A stretch of DNA of 60,052 nt from Verrucomicrobiia bacterium (lineage in GTDB: Bacteria; Verrucomicrobiota; Verrucomicrobiia; Limisphaerales; Palsa-1400): positions 1 to 60,052 of the forward strand of contig DASZMX010000144.1 of assembly GCA_035551475.1 (NCBI GenBank), given 5' to 3'. Below, one piece after another: positions 18,842 through 28,135 of the stretch. How positions within the stretch are numbered: position 1 is the first letter of the stretch; the number at the start of each line of letters is the position of its first letter. The translations under genes and the position numbers were made by a program. Under the pieces are notes generated by a model that saw only the letters and a program-made list of their open reading frames with translations, was not told the origin of the DNA and did no database searches.

Positions 18842-19441
18842 ATGTCAACAACAGTTGTAATTCTGCTGGCGGCGGCGTTGATCTTGTTCGCCGGAGTGAT
18901 GTGGATGGTGAACGATTACAATCGACTCGTCACCCTGCGCAATCGCTTCCGCAACGGTTTTGCGCAAATCGATGTGCAACTCAAGCGCCGTTATGACCTG
19001 ATTCCCAACCTCGTGGAAACCGCCCGCGGCTATTTGAATCATGAACGCGCCACGCTGGACGAAGTCATGGCGGCGCGCCAGGCGGCCAGCGCGGCCAACA
19101 CCCGCGCGGCAAGCAATCCGGGCGAAGCGGCCGCCATGAAAGAACTTTCCGGCGCGGAAACCACGCTCATGGGCACGCTGGGGCGGCTGCTGGCGGTCAC
19201 GGAAGCTTACCCGGATTTGAAGGCGAATACGGTCATGCGCACGCTCCAGGAGGAGTTGACGTCCACGGAAAACAAGGTGGCGTATGCGCGTCAAGCATAC
19301 AATGACGCCGTCATGGAATACAACACGCAACGGCAGATCTTCCCCTCCAGCCTGGTGGCCGACGCGTTTCACTTTGAAAGCGCGGAATTTTTTGTGATCA
19401 CCACGGAGGCCGAGAAGCTGGCGCCGACAGTGGCGCTGTGA
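18842..19441 (+). CDS. lemA: LemA family protein
   Basis: N-terminal TM helix (TTVVILLAAALILFAGVMWMV) then YNRLVTLRNRFRNGFAQIDVQLKRRYDLIPNLVETARGY..HERATLDEVMAARQ, the conserved LemA core. 199 aa. Confidence 0.8.
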   Translation: MSTTVVILLAAALILFAGVMWMVNDYNRLVTLRNRFRNGFAQIDVQLKRRYDLIPNLVETARGYLNHERATLDEVMAARQAASAANTRAASNPGEAAAMKELSGAETTLMGTLGRLLAVTEAYPDLKANTVMRTLQEELTSTENKVAYARQAYNDAVMEYNTQRQIFPSSLVADAFHFESAEFFVITTEAEKLAPTVAL

Positions 19442-19502
19442 CCGCGATTCAAACTCCGGGATTGAGTTTTGCCGGTGAAGTTGAAACTCTGGTTGCAGCG
19501 TC

Positions 19503-20561
19503 ATGAGATTTATCACGCAGATCATCGAGAAGCTGCAGCGGCATCCCAAAAGGGTGGTGTTCCCCGAGGGCACGGAGCCGCGCGTCTTGCAGGCGGCGCG
19601 GCAGTTTTATTCGCTGCGGCTGGGCGCGCCGATTTTATTGGGCGACCGCACGAAGGTGAAGCAGGCCGCGGCAGAGCTGAACGTCTCGCTGCAAGGGGTG
19701 CGCATCATCAACCCGGCGGAGAGCGAAGATTTGCCCGCCTTTGTCAAGCGCTACGAATTCTTGCGCCGCGTCAAGGGGATCGAGGAAAAAGAGGCCTCCG
19801 AAACGATGCTGCAGCCGAATTATTACGCGGCCATGATGGTCGCGATGCGGCAGGCCGACGGCTTTATTTCCGGCGTGAGCCAAAGCTCCGGCAGCGTCCT
19901 GCGCCCGCTGTTTCAAATTGTGAAAGTGGCGCCGCAAAGCGCCACGGCCTCCAGTTGCATGGTGATGGAAGTGGAGGACACGCGGTTTGGCCACGAAGGC
20001 ACGGTGTTCATGGCGGATTGCGGCGTGATTCCAGAGCCGACGGTGGAGCAATTGTCGGACATTGCCGTTTCCACCGCGGAATTGGCGCATCAGTTATTGA
20101 ACATTCGCCCGCGCGTCGCCCTGCTCTCTTATTCCACCAAGGGCAGCGCCACGCACCCGTCGATCGGCAAGGTGCAGGCCGCCACGGGCCTCGCAAAAAA
20201 AGTGGCGCACGACAAGGGATTGGAAGCGGATTTTGATGGCGAATTGCAGGTGGACGCGGCGCTGGTGCCGGAAATTGCCGCGCGCAAACTGCCGGACAGC
20301 CAGGTGGGCGGGCGCGCGAATGTGTTGATTTTTCCGGACCTGAATTCCGGCAATATCGCGAGCAAATTAATCCAGCATGTGGCGCGGGCGCACGCCTACG
20401 GCCAGATTCTCCTGGGGCTCGACCGCCCCGCCGCCGAGGTCTCGCGCGGCGCCAATGCGCATGACGTGCTCGGCGTGGCGGCGATTGTCGGCTTGCAGTC
20501 CATCGCGCACAAAGAGCTTTATCCGCCGGAAGAATCCAAGCCGGACAGCGGACGGGCTTAG
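19503..20561 (+). CDS. pta: phosphate acetyltransferase, catalytic (PTA_PTB) domain only
   Basis: 352 aa: MRFITQIIEKLQRHPKRVVFPEGTEPRVLQAARQ... (E. coli Pta catalytic part starts ...RIVLPEGDEPRTVKAAA). C-terminal ...ANVLIFPDLNSGNIASKLIQH... (PDLnaGNi motif). Confidence 0.8.
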   Translation: MRFITQIIEKLQRHPKRVVFPEGTEPRVLQAARQFYSLRLGAPILLGDRTKVKQAAAELNVSLQGVRIINPAESEDLPAFVKRYEFLRRVKGIEEKEASETMLQPNYYAAMMVAMRQADGFISGVSQSSGSVLRPLFQIVKVAPQSATASSCMVMEVEDTRFGHEGTVFMADCGVIPEPTVEQLSDIAVSTAELAHQLLNIRPRVALLSYSTKGSATHPSIGKVQAATGLAKKVAHDKGLEADFDGELQVDAALVPEIAARKLPDSQVGGRANVLIFPDLNSGNIASKLIQHVARAHAYGQILLGLDRPAAEVSRGANAHDVLGVAAIVGLQSIAHKELYPPEESKPDSGRA

Positions 20562-20585
20562 ACGTTCGGTTGACAGCGTTGACTT

Positions 20586-21677
20586 ATGAATAACGTTACC
20601 CCCCGCGTGTTCATCGCCGCCACGCGGCAAAATGACGGGAAAACCACGACTTCGCTGGGCCTTCTGGCGGCGCTGCAAAAGATTTACCCGCGCATCGGCT
20701 ACATCAAACCGGTCGGGCAGCGATTCGTCGAGATCGAGGAGCAGAAGATTGACGAGGACACGGTGCTGATGGACCAGGTGTACCGGCTGAATTGCCCGCT
20801 GGTGGACATGAGCCCGATCGCCGTGGAGCCGGATTTCACCCGCAAATATTTGCAGGGCTCGAACAACGACGCGCTGGTCAAACGCATCGTGAAAGCCTTT
20901 GACCGCGTGGCGTGGGAAAAGGATTTTGTGCTGTGCGAGGGCTCCGGGCACGCGGGCGTCGGCTCGGTGTTCGACCTCTCCAATGCGACCGTCGCCAAAA
21001 TCCTCGGGGCGAAAGTTATTATTGTCAGCCAGGGCGGCATCGGCAAGCCGATTGATGAAGTGTATTTGAACCAAGCCGTGCTGGAGCGCGAAGGGGTGGA
21101 AATCATCGGCGTGATCTTGAACAAGGTGCTGCCGGACAAGGTGGAGTTTATCACCGAATTTGCGCGGCGCGGCTTCAAGCGCAAGGGACTGGAGCTGCTG
21201 GGGGTCATTCCCCACAGCCGCCTCCTGACCTATCCCTCCATGCAGTTGATTCAGGAGGAATTGCAGGCGGAAGCGCTCAATGGCGCCTCGCGCATCATGA
21301 ACCATGTCGAGAACGTGTTCGTCGGGGCCGTCGGCGCGCCCAATGCCATCTCCCATTTCAAAAGCGGCACGCTCGTCATCACCCCGGGCGACCGCGAGGA
21401 CATTGTCATGGCGGCGGCGACGATGCCAGCCGACCCGGAGAACCAGCTGGCGGGCTTCGTCTTGACAGGCAATTTGAAGCCGGGCCCGGCCACGATGCGC
21501 GTCATCCAGCAGCTGTCCTATCCGGTGCTGCTCTCGCGGGACGACATTTATGAGGTGGCTTCAGTCGTGCATAATTTGAGCGTCAAGACACGCGCGGCGG
21601 ACACGCAAAAGATCTCGGTCATCCGCGATTTGATCGCTTCCAATGTCGATGTTGAGCAGATTCTCAAGGCGCTATGA
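20586..21677 (+). CDS. Pta N-terminal-type regulatory domain protein (BioD-like P-loop + DRTGG domain), separate gene
   Basis: 363 aa. MNNVTPRVFIAATRQNDGKTTTSLGLLAAL resembles the E. coli Pta N-terminus ([27 protein letters not shown]). Central ...VLCEGSGHAGVGSV... and the DRTGG-type block GTLVITPGDREDIVMAAA (E. coli Pta: GSLLVTSADRPDVLVAAC). Confidence 0.65.
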   Translation: MNNVTPRVFIAATRQNDGKTTTSLGLLAALQKIYPRIGYIKPVGQRFVEIEEQKIDEDTVLMDQVYRLNCPLVDMSPIAVEPDFTRKYLQGSNNDALVKRIVKAFDRVAWEKDFVLCEGSGHAGVGSVFDLSNATVAKILGAKVIIVSQGGIGKPIDEVYLNQAVLEREGVEIIGVILNKVLPDKVEFITEFARRGFKRKGLELLGVIPHSRLLTYPSMQLIQEELQAEALNGASRIMNHVENVFVGAVGAPNAISHFKSGTLVITPGDREDIVMAAATMPADPENQLAGFVLTGNLKPGPATMRVIQQLSYPVLLSRDDIYEVASVVHNLSVKTRAADTQKISVIRDLIASNVDVEQILKAL

Positions 21678-22807
21678 ACACGGAGTTGCCCTTCAAGCTG
21701 AATCCCAACCTGGCCACGCTGCCGGTGTATCAACCGGGCCGTCCGATTGAGGAAGTGGCGCGCGAATTGGGCCTGCCTGCCAAGCAAGTCATCAAACTGG
21801 CGTCCAACGAAAATCCGCTTGGCCCCTCCCCGCTGGCCCTCGCGGCGATGCGGAAAGCCGCGCGCCAGGTCAATCTTTATCCCGACGGCAACGCCTATTA
21901 CTTCAAGCGCAAACTGGCGGAGCATCTCAAAGTCGAGCCCGCGAACCTGATTCTCGGCAACGGCTCCAACGACATCATTGAGTTTCTCGGCCACGCCCTC
22001 ATGGGGCCGGGCGACGACGTTATCGTGTCCGAATATTGTTTCGCCATTTATCCGATTGTGGCGCGTTTGCTCGGCGCCAACGTCATCACCGTCCCGGCGA
22101 AGGATTACGGCCACGACCTGCCCGCCATGCAGCGCGCCATCACGCCGCGCACCAAGGCGATTTTCGTGGCCAATCCGAACAACCCCACCGGGACGCTCGC
22201 CTCCGCCGCGGATGTCAATCATTTGATCGAGGCCGCGCCGTCCAGCGCGGTGATCGTGATGGACGAAGCGTATGTCGAATTCCTGGAAGAGCCGCTCGAT
22301 CTGTTGCCGCTCATCCGCTCCGGACAACGCTCCAATCTAATTCTGATGCGGACGTTTTCAAAAATTTACGGCCTGGCGGGATTACGCCTGGGCTACGGCA
22401 TTGCCACGCCGCCCTTTATCAGCGCCCTGGAAAAAATCCGCCAGCCGTTCAATGTGAATCTCGTTGCGCAAGCCGCCGGCCTGGCCGCCTTGGACGACAC
22501 CGCCCACGTCCAGAAAACCCGCGCCAACAACGTGACAGGCCGGAAATTCATCGAGGAATCCCTTGTCAAGCTGGGCCTCGCCTATGTTCCCTCCTACGCG
22601 AATTTCGTCCTCGCGCGCGTGGGCGACGGCCAAGCCGTCTTCGACGCGCTGCAAAAACAAGGCGTCATCACCCGTCCCATGGGCGGCTATCGCCTGCCCG
22701 AATGGATTCGCATCTCCATCGGCTCCATGTCCGAAAACCGCCGCTGCATCAAGTCCCTGAAAAAAGCCCTCGCCCCTCCGGCATCGCCGAAAACCACCGT
22801 GCTCTAA
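21674..22807 (+). CDS. hisC: histidinol-phosphate aminotransferase
   Basis: 377 aa: LASNENPLGPSPLALAAM, YPDGNAYYFKRKLAEHL, the PLP-lysine region SNLILMRTFSKIYGLAGLRLGYGIA (TFSKxxGLAGLRxGY), and NPNNPTG. The ATG overlaps the stop of the upstream gene by 4 nt. Confidence 0.9.
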   Translation: MNTELPFKLNPNLATLPVYQPGRPIEEVARELGLPAKQVIKLASNENPLGPSPLALAAMRKAARQVNLYPDGNAYYFKRKLAEHLKVEPANLILGNGSNDIIEFLGHALMGPGDDVIVSEYCFAIYPIVARLLGANVITVPAKDYGHDLPAMQRAITPRTKAIFVANPNNPTGTLASAADVNHLIEAAPSSAVIVMDEAYVEFLEEPLDLLPLIRSGQRSNLILMRTFSKIYGLAGLRLGYGIATPPFISALEKIRQPFNVNLVAQAAGLAALDDTAHVQKTRANNVTGRKFIEESLVKLGLAYVPSYANFVLARVGDGQAVFDALQKQGVITRPMGGYRLPEWIRISIGSMSENRRCIKSLKKALAPPASPKTTVL

Positions 22808-22816
22808 TTGACTGTG

Positions 22817-22849
22817 CCGCGTCATGGGTAAACCGAAAGGACGACGCGG
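22817..22849. terminator. hairpin in convergent hisC/yebC intergenic space (bidirectional terminator candidate)
   Basis: CCGCGTC-(19 nt)-GACGCGG inverted repeat 10 nt after the hisC stop. No clear U-tract, so only moderate support. Confidence 0.3.
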
Positions 22850-22866
22850 GGCGGCTGCACCACCAC

Positions 22867-23589
22867 TCATTTCATCGCGGCGTAAACGCGGTGGACGTCT
22901 TCGTGGTCGTCGAGGGCGTTGAGGAAATCGGTGACTTCCTTGCGGGAGGACTCGTTGAGATCGACAAAGTTTTTGGCGATGTAACGGATTTCGGAGGCGA
23001 TGACTTGCCAGCCGCGGCTTTTGAGGGCTTTGCCGACGGGATCAAGGCTCTTGCTTTCGGTGAGAAATCGGGCGCCGACGTGGCCGGCGGGGATTTCCTC
23101 GGCTTCGAGGGGCTCGACTTCCTGGGCCCCCGCTTCAATGGCGTCATCTTCCGCGCTGCGGCCGGCCTCGGGATGGCTGGCTTCCACCACGCCGAGGTGG
23201 TTGAAGAAAAAATTGACGCTGCCCGGCGCGCCGAGCGAGCCGGCTTTGAAAATGTTGCGGATTTCGGGGGCGGTGCGGTTGCGATTGTCTGTCAAACATT
23301 CGACGACGACGGGGACCTTGTGCGGGGCGAAGCCTTCATAGGTCACCAGCTCGAAGGTGATTTTTTCATCGGTGAGGCCGGCGCCTTTTTTGATGGCGCG
23401 CTCAATGGTGTCGCGGGTGACGGAGCTTTTGCGGGCTTTCTCGACGGCGGCGGCGAGACGGGCATTAAGGTCGGGATCGGCGCCGCCCATTTTGGCGGCG
23501 ACCATGATTTCGCGGACGAGTTTGATGACCATCTGCCCACGCTTCTGCGCGTTGGCTTCACGTCCGGCTTGTTTCCATTGTGCTCCCAC
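22867..23589 (-). CDS. yebC: YebC/PmpR family DNA-binding transcriptional regulator
   Basis: 240 aa. N-terminus (G)AQWKQAGREANAQKRGQMVIKLVREIMVAAKMGGADPDLNARLAAAVEKARKSSVTRDTIERAIKKG follows the YebC pattern ([39 protein letters not shown].AIEKA). The start codon is GTG (23587-23589). Confidence 0.8.
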   Translation of the reverse strand: MGAQWKQAGREANAQKRGQMVIKLVREIMVAAKMGGADPDLNARLAAAVEKARKSSVTRDTIERAIKKGAGLTDEKITFELVTYEGFAPHKVPVVVECLTDNRNRTAPEIRNIFKAGSLGAPGSVNFFFNHLGVVEASHPEAGRSAEDDAIEAGAQEVEPLEAEEIPAGHVGARFLTESKSLDPVGKALKSRGWQVIASEIRYIAKNFVDLNESSRKEVTDFLNALDDHEDVHRVYAAMK

Positions 23590-23670
23590 GTTTTTAAATC
23601 TTCGTAGCGATGTTAAGTGACAGGGTCATGGTGCAAGTTCGGGCGAAAGGCGTCAACCGCATTTGCGCGT

Positions 23671-24855
23671 TCAAGGGCTGGGCGGACGGCGGGTGGGCAG
23701 CGTGAAAGAAAACGTGGCGCCTTTTTGCAATTCGCTTTTTACCGACGCCTCGCCGCCGTGGGCCTGGACGATGTGTTTGACAATGGCCAGCCCAAGCCCG
23801 GTGCCGCCGCTCTCGCGGGTGCGGGCGCGATCGACGCGGTAAAAACGCTCGAAAACGCGCCCGAGGGCCTCGGGCGGAATGCCGGGGCCGTCGTCGGTGA
23901 CGAAAACTTCGACTTTGTCGGGGCTCGGGTGGCGCAAACCCACGCCGACCCAGCCGGAGGCCTTGCCATATTTGATGGCGTTCTCGGTCAGGTTGAAGAG
24001 TACCTGTTGCAGGCGATCAGCGTCGGCGGGAGCCAGGCTGCCGGGCGGGATCTGGTTTTCGAGGACGACCTGCCGGGCGGCGGCGGGAGCGGCGAGATCT
24101 TCGATGACGCGTTGCGCGACTTCCTGAAGGTCGATGCTTTGGATATTCAGCGCCACCTGCCCCGATTCAAGGCGCGAAATGGCGAGCAAATCCTCAATTA
24201 AAAAGAGCAGACGATCGGCGTGCTTGTCGATTTTTTGCAGAAAACGCTCCGCCTGCTCGGGGTTGTCCCGGGCGCCATCAAGAAGCGTCTGGGCGAATCC
24301 CTTGATCAGGGAAAGCGGCGTGCGCAATTCATGGCTGACATTGCCGACGAATTCTTTGCGAATATTTTCCAGTTCATTCAGGCGCGTGACGTCGTGAAAA
24401 ATAAAAAGCTGCCCCTGCCCTCCGGCGGCGCCATCAGAGACCACGACGGCATTGACGAGGAGACAGCGGCGGGCGACGCGATGAATCTCCAACTCCTCCG
24501 AGACGTTCTTTTCCTGCTTGAGGCGGGCGGACAAGGCGGCCAGCTCGTGCCAGCGGAAGGCTTCCATGATGGTTTGGCCGCGCAGATCGGAGGCGGTTTC
24601 TAGAAGTTTGCGCAAGGATTCGTTGACCAGTTGCACGCGGCCATGATCATCCAGCAGGAGCATGCCTTCGATCATGCTGTTGAAAAGGGCTTGCTGCTGG
24701 GATTGAAATTGCCGGTGCAATTCGCGCTGCTTTTCAGCCACCTCGGCAAAAGCGCGATCAACCTGGCCGCGCATTTCGGCGAGGCGCCGTTCGTAACGGC
24801 GAAACAGCAGGATGATCAATCCGACGCAGCCTGCGGCAAAAAGGACGGGCCACAT
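23671..24855 (-). CDS. sensor histidine kinase (TM + PAS + HisKA + HATPase_c)
   Basis: In-frame ATG at 24855 (MWPVLFAAGCVGLIILLF, TM helix); the track start 24870 is GTG. PAS-like segment (MIEGMLLLDDHGRVQLVNESL). H-box NVSHELRTPLSLIKGF. N/G boxes (LFNLTENAIKYG ... TGLGLAIVKHIVQAHGG). No response regulator adjacent. Confidence 0.85.
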   Translation of the reverse strand: MWPVLFAAGCVGLIILLFRRYERRLAEMRGQVDRAFAEVAEKQRELHRQFQSQQQALFNSMIEGMLLLDDHGRVQLVNESLRKLLETASDLRGQTIMEAFRWHELAALSARLKQEKNVSEELEIHRVARRCLLVNAVVVSDGAAGGQGQLFIFHDVTRLNELENIRKEFVGNVSHELRTPLSLIKGFAQTLLDGARDNPEQAERFLQKIDKHADRLLFLIEDLLAISRLESGQVALNIQSIDLQEVAQRVIEDLAAPAAARQVVLENQIPPGSLAPADADRLQQVLFNLTENAIKYGKASGWVGVGLRHPSPDKVEVFVTDDGPGIPPEALGRVFERFYRVDRARTRESGGTGLGLAIVKHIVQAHGGEASVKSELQKGATFSFTLPTRRPPSP

Positions 24856-24873
24856 TTCCCGCAAACTCACGGG

Positions 24874-26076
24874 CTACGACGAAAAGTTCAAGGAATTTCG
24901 ACGTGGCCCCGAAATATAGTGCACAAGCACTCCGATAAAAACGATGGTCATCGCCGGGTGCCACACGAGCGCGAAGTAATTGCCGAAGATGGGGCGCACC
25001 AGGTTCGGCAGCAAACCCATGCTTAAAATCATGCAGGCGAGGAAGACTCCGCGCTTCCGTTCCTCCACTTCGTTGCTGCACAAAAAACAAATCGCCCAAG
25101 CCGCCAGCGCTGGAGCCAGGATGGCGTAGCTGTTGGCTTCGTTCATGGGATTGAAAACCATGAGGTAACCCGTGGCCAACGCATAAAGCCACAGACCGCG
25201 CCACAGCGGAGCCAAACGGCGCGCGCCCCACCACCAAAGCGCCGCCGTCAGAGCTCCGGCAATTACGCGCACGGCGGTGGAAGCCGCGGCGGGCATCGGC
25301 GTGCCCAAAGTGCGCAGGATGCCGTTGAGATCCGCGAAGCGGTTTTCGGTGACGGCGGCGCAGGCGCGGAGATTTTTCCACGCTTCATGAAATTGCGAGG
25401 CGACGTAATCCGGATGTCCAAAGAGAAATGGAAAAATGGCCAAGGCCAGAAACGCCAGCGGGGCGCGCCAACGCAGCGGTTTATACACCAGAACGGCGAG
25501 CATCAGCAGCACGATGCCCAGAGGTTTAAGCGCGACAGCCAGCGTCATCCACGCCAGCGCGACCCACCAGCGTTCGCGCAAGACGGCGACGATCGCGAGC
25601 AACGTCAATCCGCCGAAGAGGGCATTGGCATTGCCGTTGCGCAGCGCGCCGAGACACAGCGGCGCCGCCAAAAGCGACGCCCAGAAAAACGGGCGCTCAG
25701 CCGCCGCGCCAAACAAGGCGCGCATGAGCTGGAAAAGCCCGAATCCCAAGGCCGCCGCGGCGCAGGCGCGCCATAAAATTTCGCTGGCGCGCAGCGGCAG
25801 AAAATGAAACGGACTGTATAAGATCGCAAAATGCGGCAGGTAATTCATACCGGCGGGCCCAATGTAAAGGTTCTGTCCCTTCCACCAGGCTGCGGAGGCC
25901 AGATGATAACTGTTGAGGGTGACGGTGTGGCGGGTTGGATCGTGCGCAATCAGAGCTGCGATCACGATCATGGGAATCGCCCAAAGCAGCGCGCCCCACA
26001 TCAGGGCCTGGCGCGCGGCGCGCGGCGCAAGGTTAGCGCGCAGCGTCAATGGGACCGGCACGTCATTCGGGGGCAT
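24874..26076 (-). CDS. polytopic membrane protein, possibly DUF2029/GT87-like glycosyltransferase (function uncertain)
   Basis: About 400 aa with more than 9 predicted TM helices (e.g. ALMWGALLWAIPMIVIAALIA, LLAIVAVL, LGIVLLMLAVLVY). ATG at 26074-26076 (MPPNDVPV...); the track start is TTG. It ends 4 nt before the kinase gene on the same strand. Confidence 0.45.
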   Translation of the reverse strand: MPPNDVPVPLTLRANLAPRAARQALMWGALLWAIPMIVIAALIAHDPTRHTVTLNSYHLASAAWWKGQNLYIGPAGMNYLPHFAILYSPFHFLPLRASEILWRACAAAALGFGLFQLMRALFGAAAERPFFWASLLAAPLCLGALRNGNANALFGGLTLLAIVAVLRERWWVALAWMTLAVALKPLGIVLLMLAVLVYKPLRWRAPLAFLALAIFPFLFGHPDYVASQFHEAWKNLRACAAVTENRFADLNGILRTLGTPMPAAASTAVRVIAGALTAALWWWGARRLAPLWRGLWLYALATGYLMVFNPMNEANSYAILAPALAAWAICFLCSNEVEERKRGVFLACMILSMGLLPNLVRPIFGNYFALVWHPAMTIVFIGVLVHYISGPRRNSLNFSS

Positions 26077-26178
26077 CGTTGTTTTCAACAAGATTTTGGG
26101 TGTTTTCCGCGTGCGGTCAAGGACTCTTTGCCTTAGCTTAGCTTGCTAAAAATCAAAAGCGCGCACATCGAATCAATC

Positions 26179-27828
26179 ATGCAAACAATCGTAATTGGAC
26201 ACCGGAACCCAGACATGGATTCCATCTGCTCGGCCATCGGCTACGCGCGCCTGAAACAATTGCAGGGCGCCACCGACGTGGTGGCGGCGCGCGCCGGCAG
26301 CACCAACGCGCGCATCGACTATGTCCTGCAGCGATTCGGTTTTGCCGCGCCGATGTTTTTGAGCGACGCGGCGCCGCGCGTGGCGGACGTGATGCAGCGC
26401 GACGTCATCACCATTCGCGCGGAAGCGCCGGTGTACGACGCGATTCAGTTGATTGCGGAAAAGGAATTGCGCGGGCTGCCGGTGACGGACGAAAAGGATC
26501 GTTGCGTTGGGCTGCTTTCAGCGTTTCGACTGAGCCATTATCTATTTCCGCGGCGTGAGCAGGCGGCGAGCGCGCGGGTGGTGGTGGCGTCGCTGGCGAA
26601 CATCGTCACGACGTTCGGCGGAACGGTCCTGGCGGGCGAACTGTCGCACGAAGCCGGCGATTTGGTGTTGATGGTCGGGGCGATGGACTTGAAAACATTT
26701 GTGGGCCGCGTGGAACGGCATGACCCGGGGCAAGTCGTCCTGCTCGTGGGCAATCGCGAGCATATTCAAATGGCGGCGATTGAAGCGCGCGTGAAGGCGG
26801 TGGTGGTCACGGGCGGCCTGCCCGTTGAGCAAGGCATTCGGCTGGAGGCCAAGAAACGAAACGTCACGATCATCAGCTCGCCGCACGACACGGCCACGAG
26901 CGTCTTGCTGGCGCGCGGCGCCGTGCGCGCGGATCGCATGGTCGAGCCCTTCACCAGTTTCAGCCCTGACACTCCGCTGGACATCGCGCGGGAAAAAGCC
27001 GCGCAATCGCATTCCTTCATTTTTCCGATTGTTGACTCCGTGGGCACGCTGCTCGGCGTGCTTTCCAAGAGCGATTTCATCAAGCCGCCCTCCCGGCGCC
27101 TGATCCTGGTGGATCACAACGAGCTTTCCCAGGCGGTGCCCGGCGCGGACAAGGTCCCCATCGTGGAAATCTTGGACCACCATCGCATTGGCGGTTTTGC
27201 CAGCGAATCGCCGATTCATTTCTGGAACAATCCGGTCGGCTCAACCAGCACCATCGTGACGCTTTGTTACGAGCAGGCCGGCATTCCCGTGCCGCCGGAC
27301 GTAGCGGGGTTGCTGATGGCGGGTTTGGTGTCCGACACATTGAATTTGACCTCGCCCACCGCCACGCCGACGGACACGCGGGTGCTGCGAGAGTTGTCAA
27401 AGATCGCGGGCCTCGACCCCGCTAAATTCGCGGCGGAAGTGTTCGCGGTCGGATCGCCCTTGCTGACGATGAACAACGACCAGGTGATCACAAGCGATTG
27501 CAAGGAATACGACGTGGCGGGCCGGCGGTTTTCCATTTCACAAATCGAGGAGTTGAACTTCTCGCATTTCACGGAGAAGCAAGCGGGCCTGATCGAGGCG
27601 CTCGACCGGCATTGCCGCAATCGCGGATTGTTTTTCGCGGCCCTGCTGGTCACCGACGTCAATACGCAGAATTCGCTCCTGCTCGGCAGCGGGGCGCCCG
27701 GGTTATGGCAGCGCATTGATTTCCCCTCGCAAGGCCCGCAAACGTGGGAATTGAACGGCGTGGTCTCTCGGAAAAAGCAATTGCTGCCTTACCTTCTCGA
27801 ACGCCTCTCCGGCATGAGCGGGTCCTGA
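26179..27828 (+). CDS. CBS-domain-containing DHH/DHHA2 phosphoesterase (family II inorganic pyrophosphatase-like)
   Basis: ATG at 26179 gives MQTIVIGHRNPDMDSICSAIGYA (family II PPase N-terminus; motif I). CBS pair (VMQRDVITIRAEAPVYDAIQLIAEKELRGLPVTD). DHH motif LVDHNELSQAV...ILDHHRIG. C-terminal DHHA2 (GLVSDTLNL). The track start 26143 is TTG. Confidence 0.8.
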   Translation: MQTIVIGHRNPDMDSICSAIGYARLKQLQGATDVVAARAGSTNARIDYVLQRFGFAAPMFLSDAAPRVADVMQRDVITIRAEAPVYDAIQLIAEKELRGLPVTDEKDRCVGLLSAFRLSHYLFPRREQAASARVVVASLANIVTTFGGTVLAGELSHEAGDLVLMVGAMDLKTFVGRVERHDPGQVVLLVGNREHIQMAAIEARVKAVVVTGGLPVEQGIRLEAKKRNVTIISSPHDTATSVLLARGAVRADRMVEPFTSFSPDTPLDIAREKAAQSHSFIFPIVDSVGTLLGVLSKSDFIKPPSRRLILVDHNELSQAVPGADKVPIVEILDHHRIGGFASESPIHFWNNPVGSTSTIVTLCYEQAGIPVPPDVAGLLMAGLVSDTLNLTSPTATPTDTRVLRELSKIAGLDPAKFAAEVFAVGSPLLTMNNDQVITSDCKEYDVAGRRFSISQIEELNFSHFTEKQAGLIEALDRHCRNRGLFFAALLVTDVNTQNSLLLGSGAPGLWQRIDFPSQGPQTWELNGVVSRKKQLLPYLLERLSGMSGS

Positions 27829-27838
27829 TCGGCGTCCA

Positions 27839-28096
27839 TCACCGCGCGGGCTGACCGGCGACGCTCGCGCCGTACTGCGCGCGCTGTTGCGGCGTCATGT
27901 GGGCCTGCGGACCCTGGTTGTCGGCGTCGGAGGCATTCATCGGATTGCGCAACGATAGCCCGGATTGAAAAGCCGAAGGAACGTGCGCGACGATTTTGAA
28001 AGCCTCCACGCATGCCACGCCAAAGAGCGCAAAAAACGACAGCACGAATCCCCAGACCAGAAGAATGTCCGATAATGATTGTCGGCGGCGCGCCAT
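27839..28096 (-). CDS. small hypothetical membrane protein (85 aa)
   Basis: ATG at 28094-28096. One predicted TM helix (ILLVWGFVLSFFALFGVACV). Sits immediately downstream of the Gfo/Idh/MocA gene on the same strand. No family recognised. Confidence 0.25.
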   Translation of the reverse strand: MARRRQSLSDILLVWGFVLSFFALFGVACVEAFKIVAHVPSAFQSGLSLRNPMNASDADNQGPQAHMTPQQRAQYGASVAGQPAR

Positions 28097-28135
28097 TGCA
28101 CCCTCACTAAACCAGAAAAAACCGCCCGGCGCAAC

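Noticed and set aside
19442-19502. Weak AT-rich hairpin (AAACTC-CGGGATT-GAGTTTT) after lemA as a terminator
   Set aside because: The stem is only 6 bp and GC-poor. pta follows on the same strand 35 nt later, so co-transcription is equally plausible.
20367-21356. 329-aa minus-strand ORF overlapping the end of pta and the Pta-N-domain-like gene
   Set aside because: No motifs. It is antisense to two genes that each align to Pta domains.
22036-23607. 523-aa plus-strand ORF spanning hisC and yebC
   Set aside because: It is out of frame relative to hisC, which has PLP-lysine and NPxxPTG motifs, and antisense to yebC. Its translation is Arg/Pro/Gly-rich noise.
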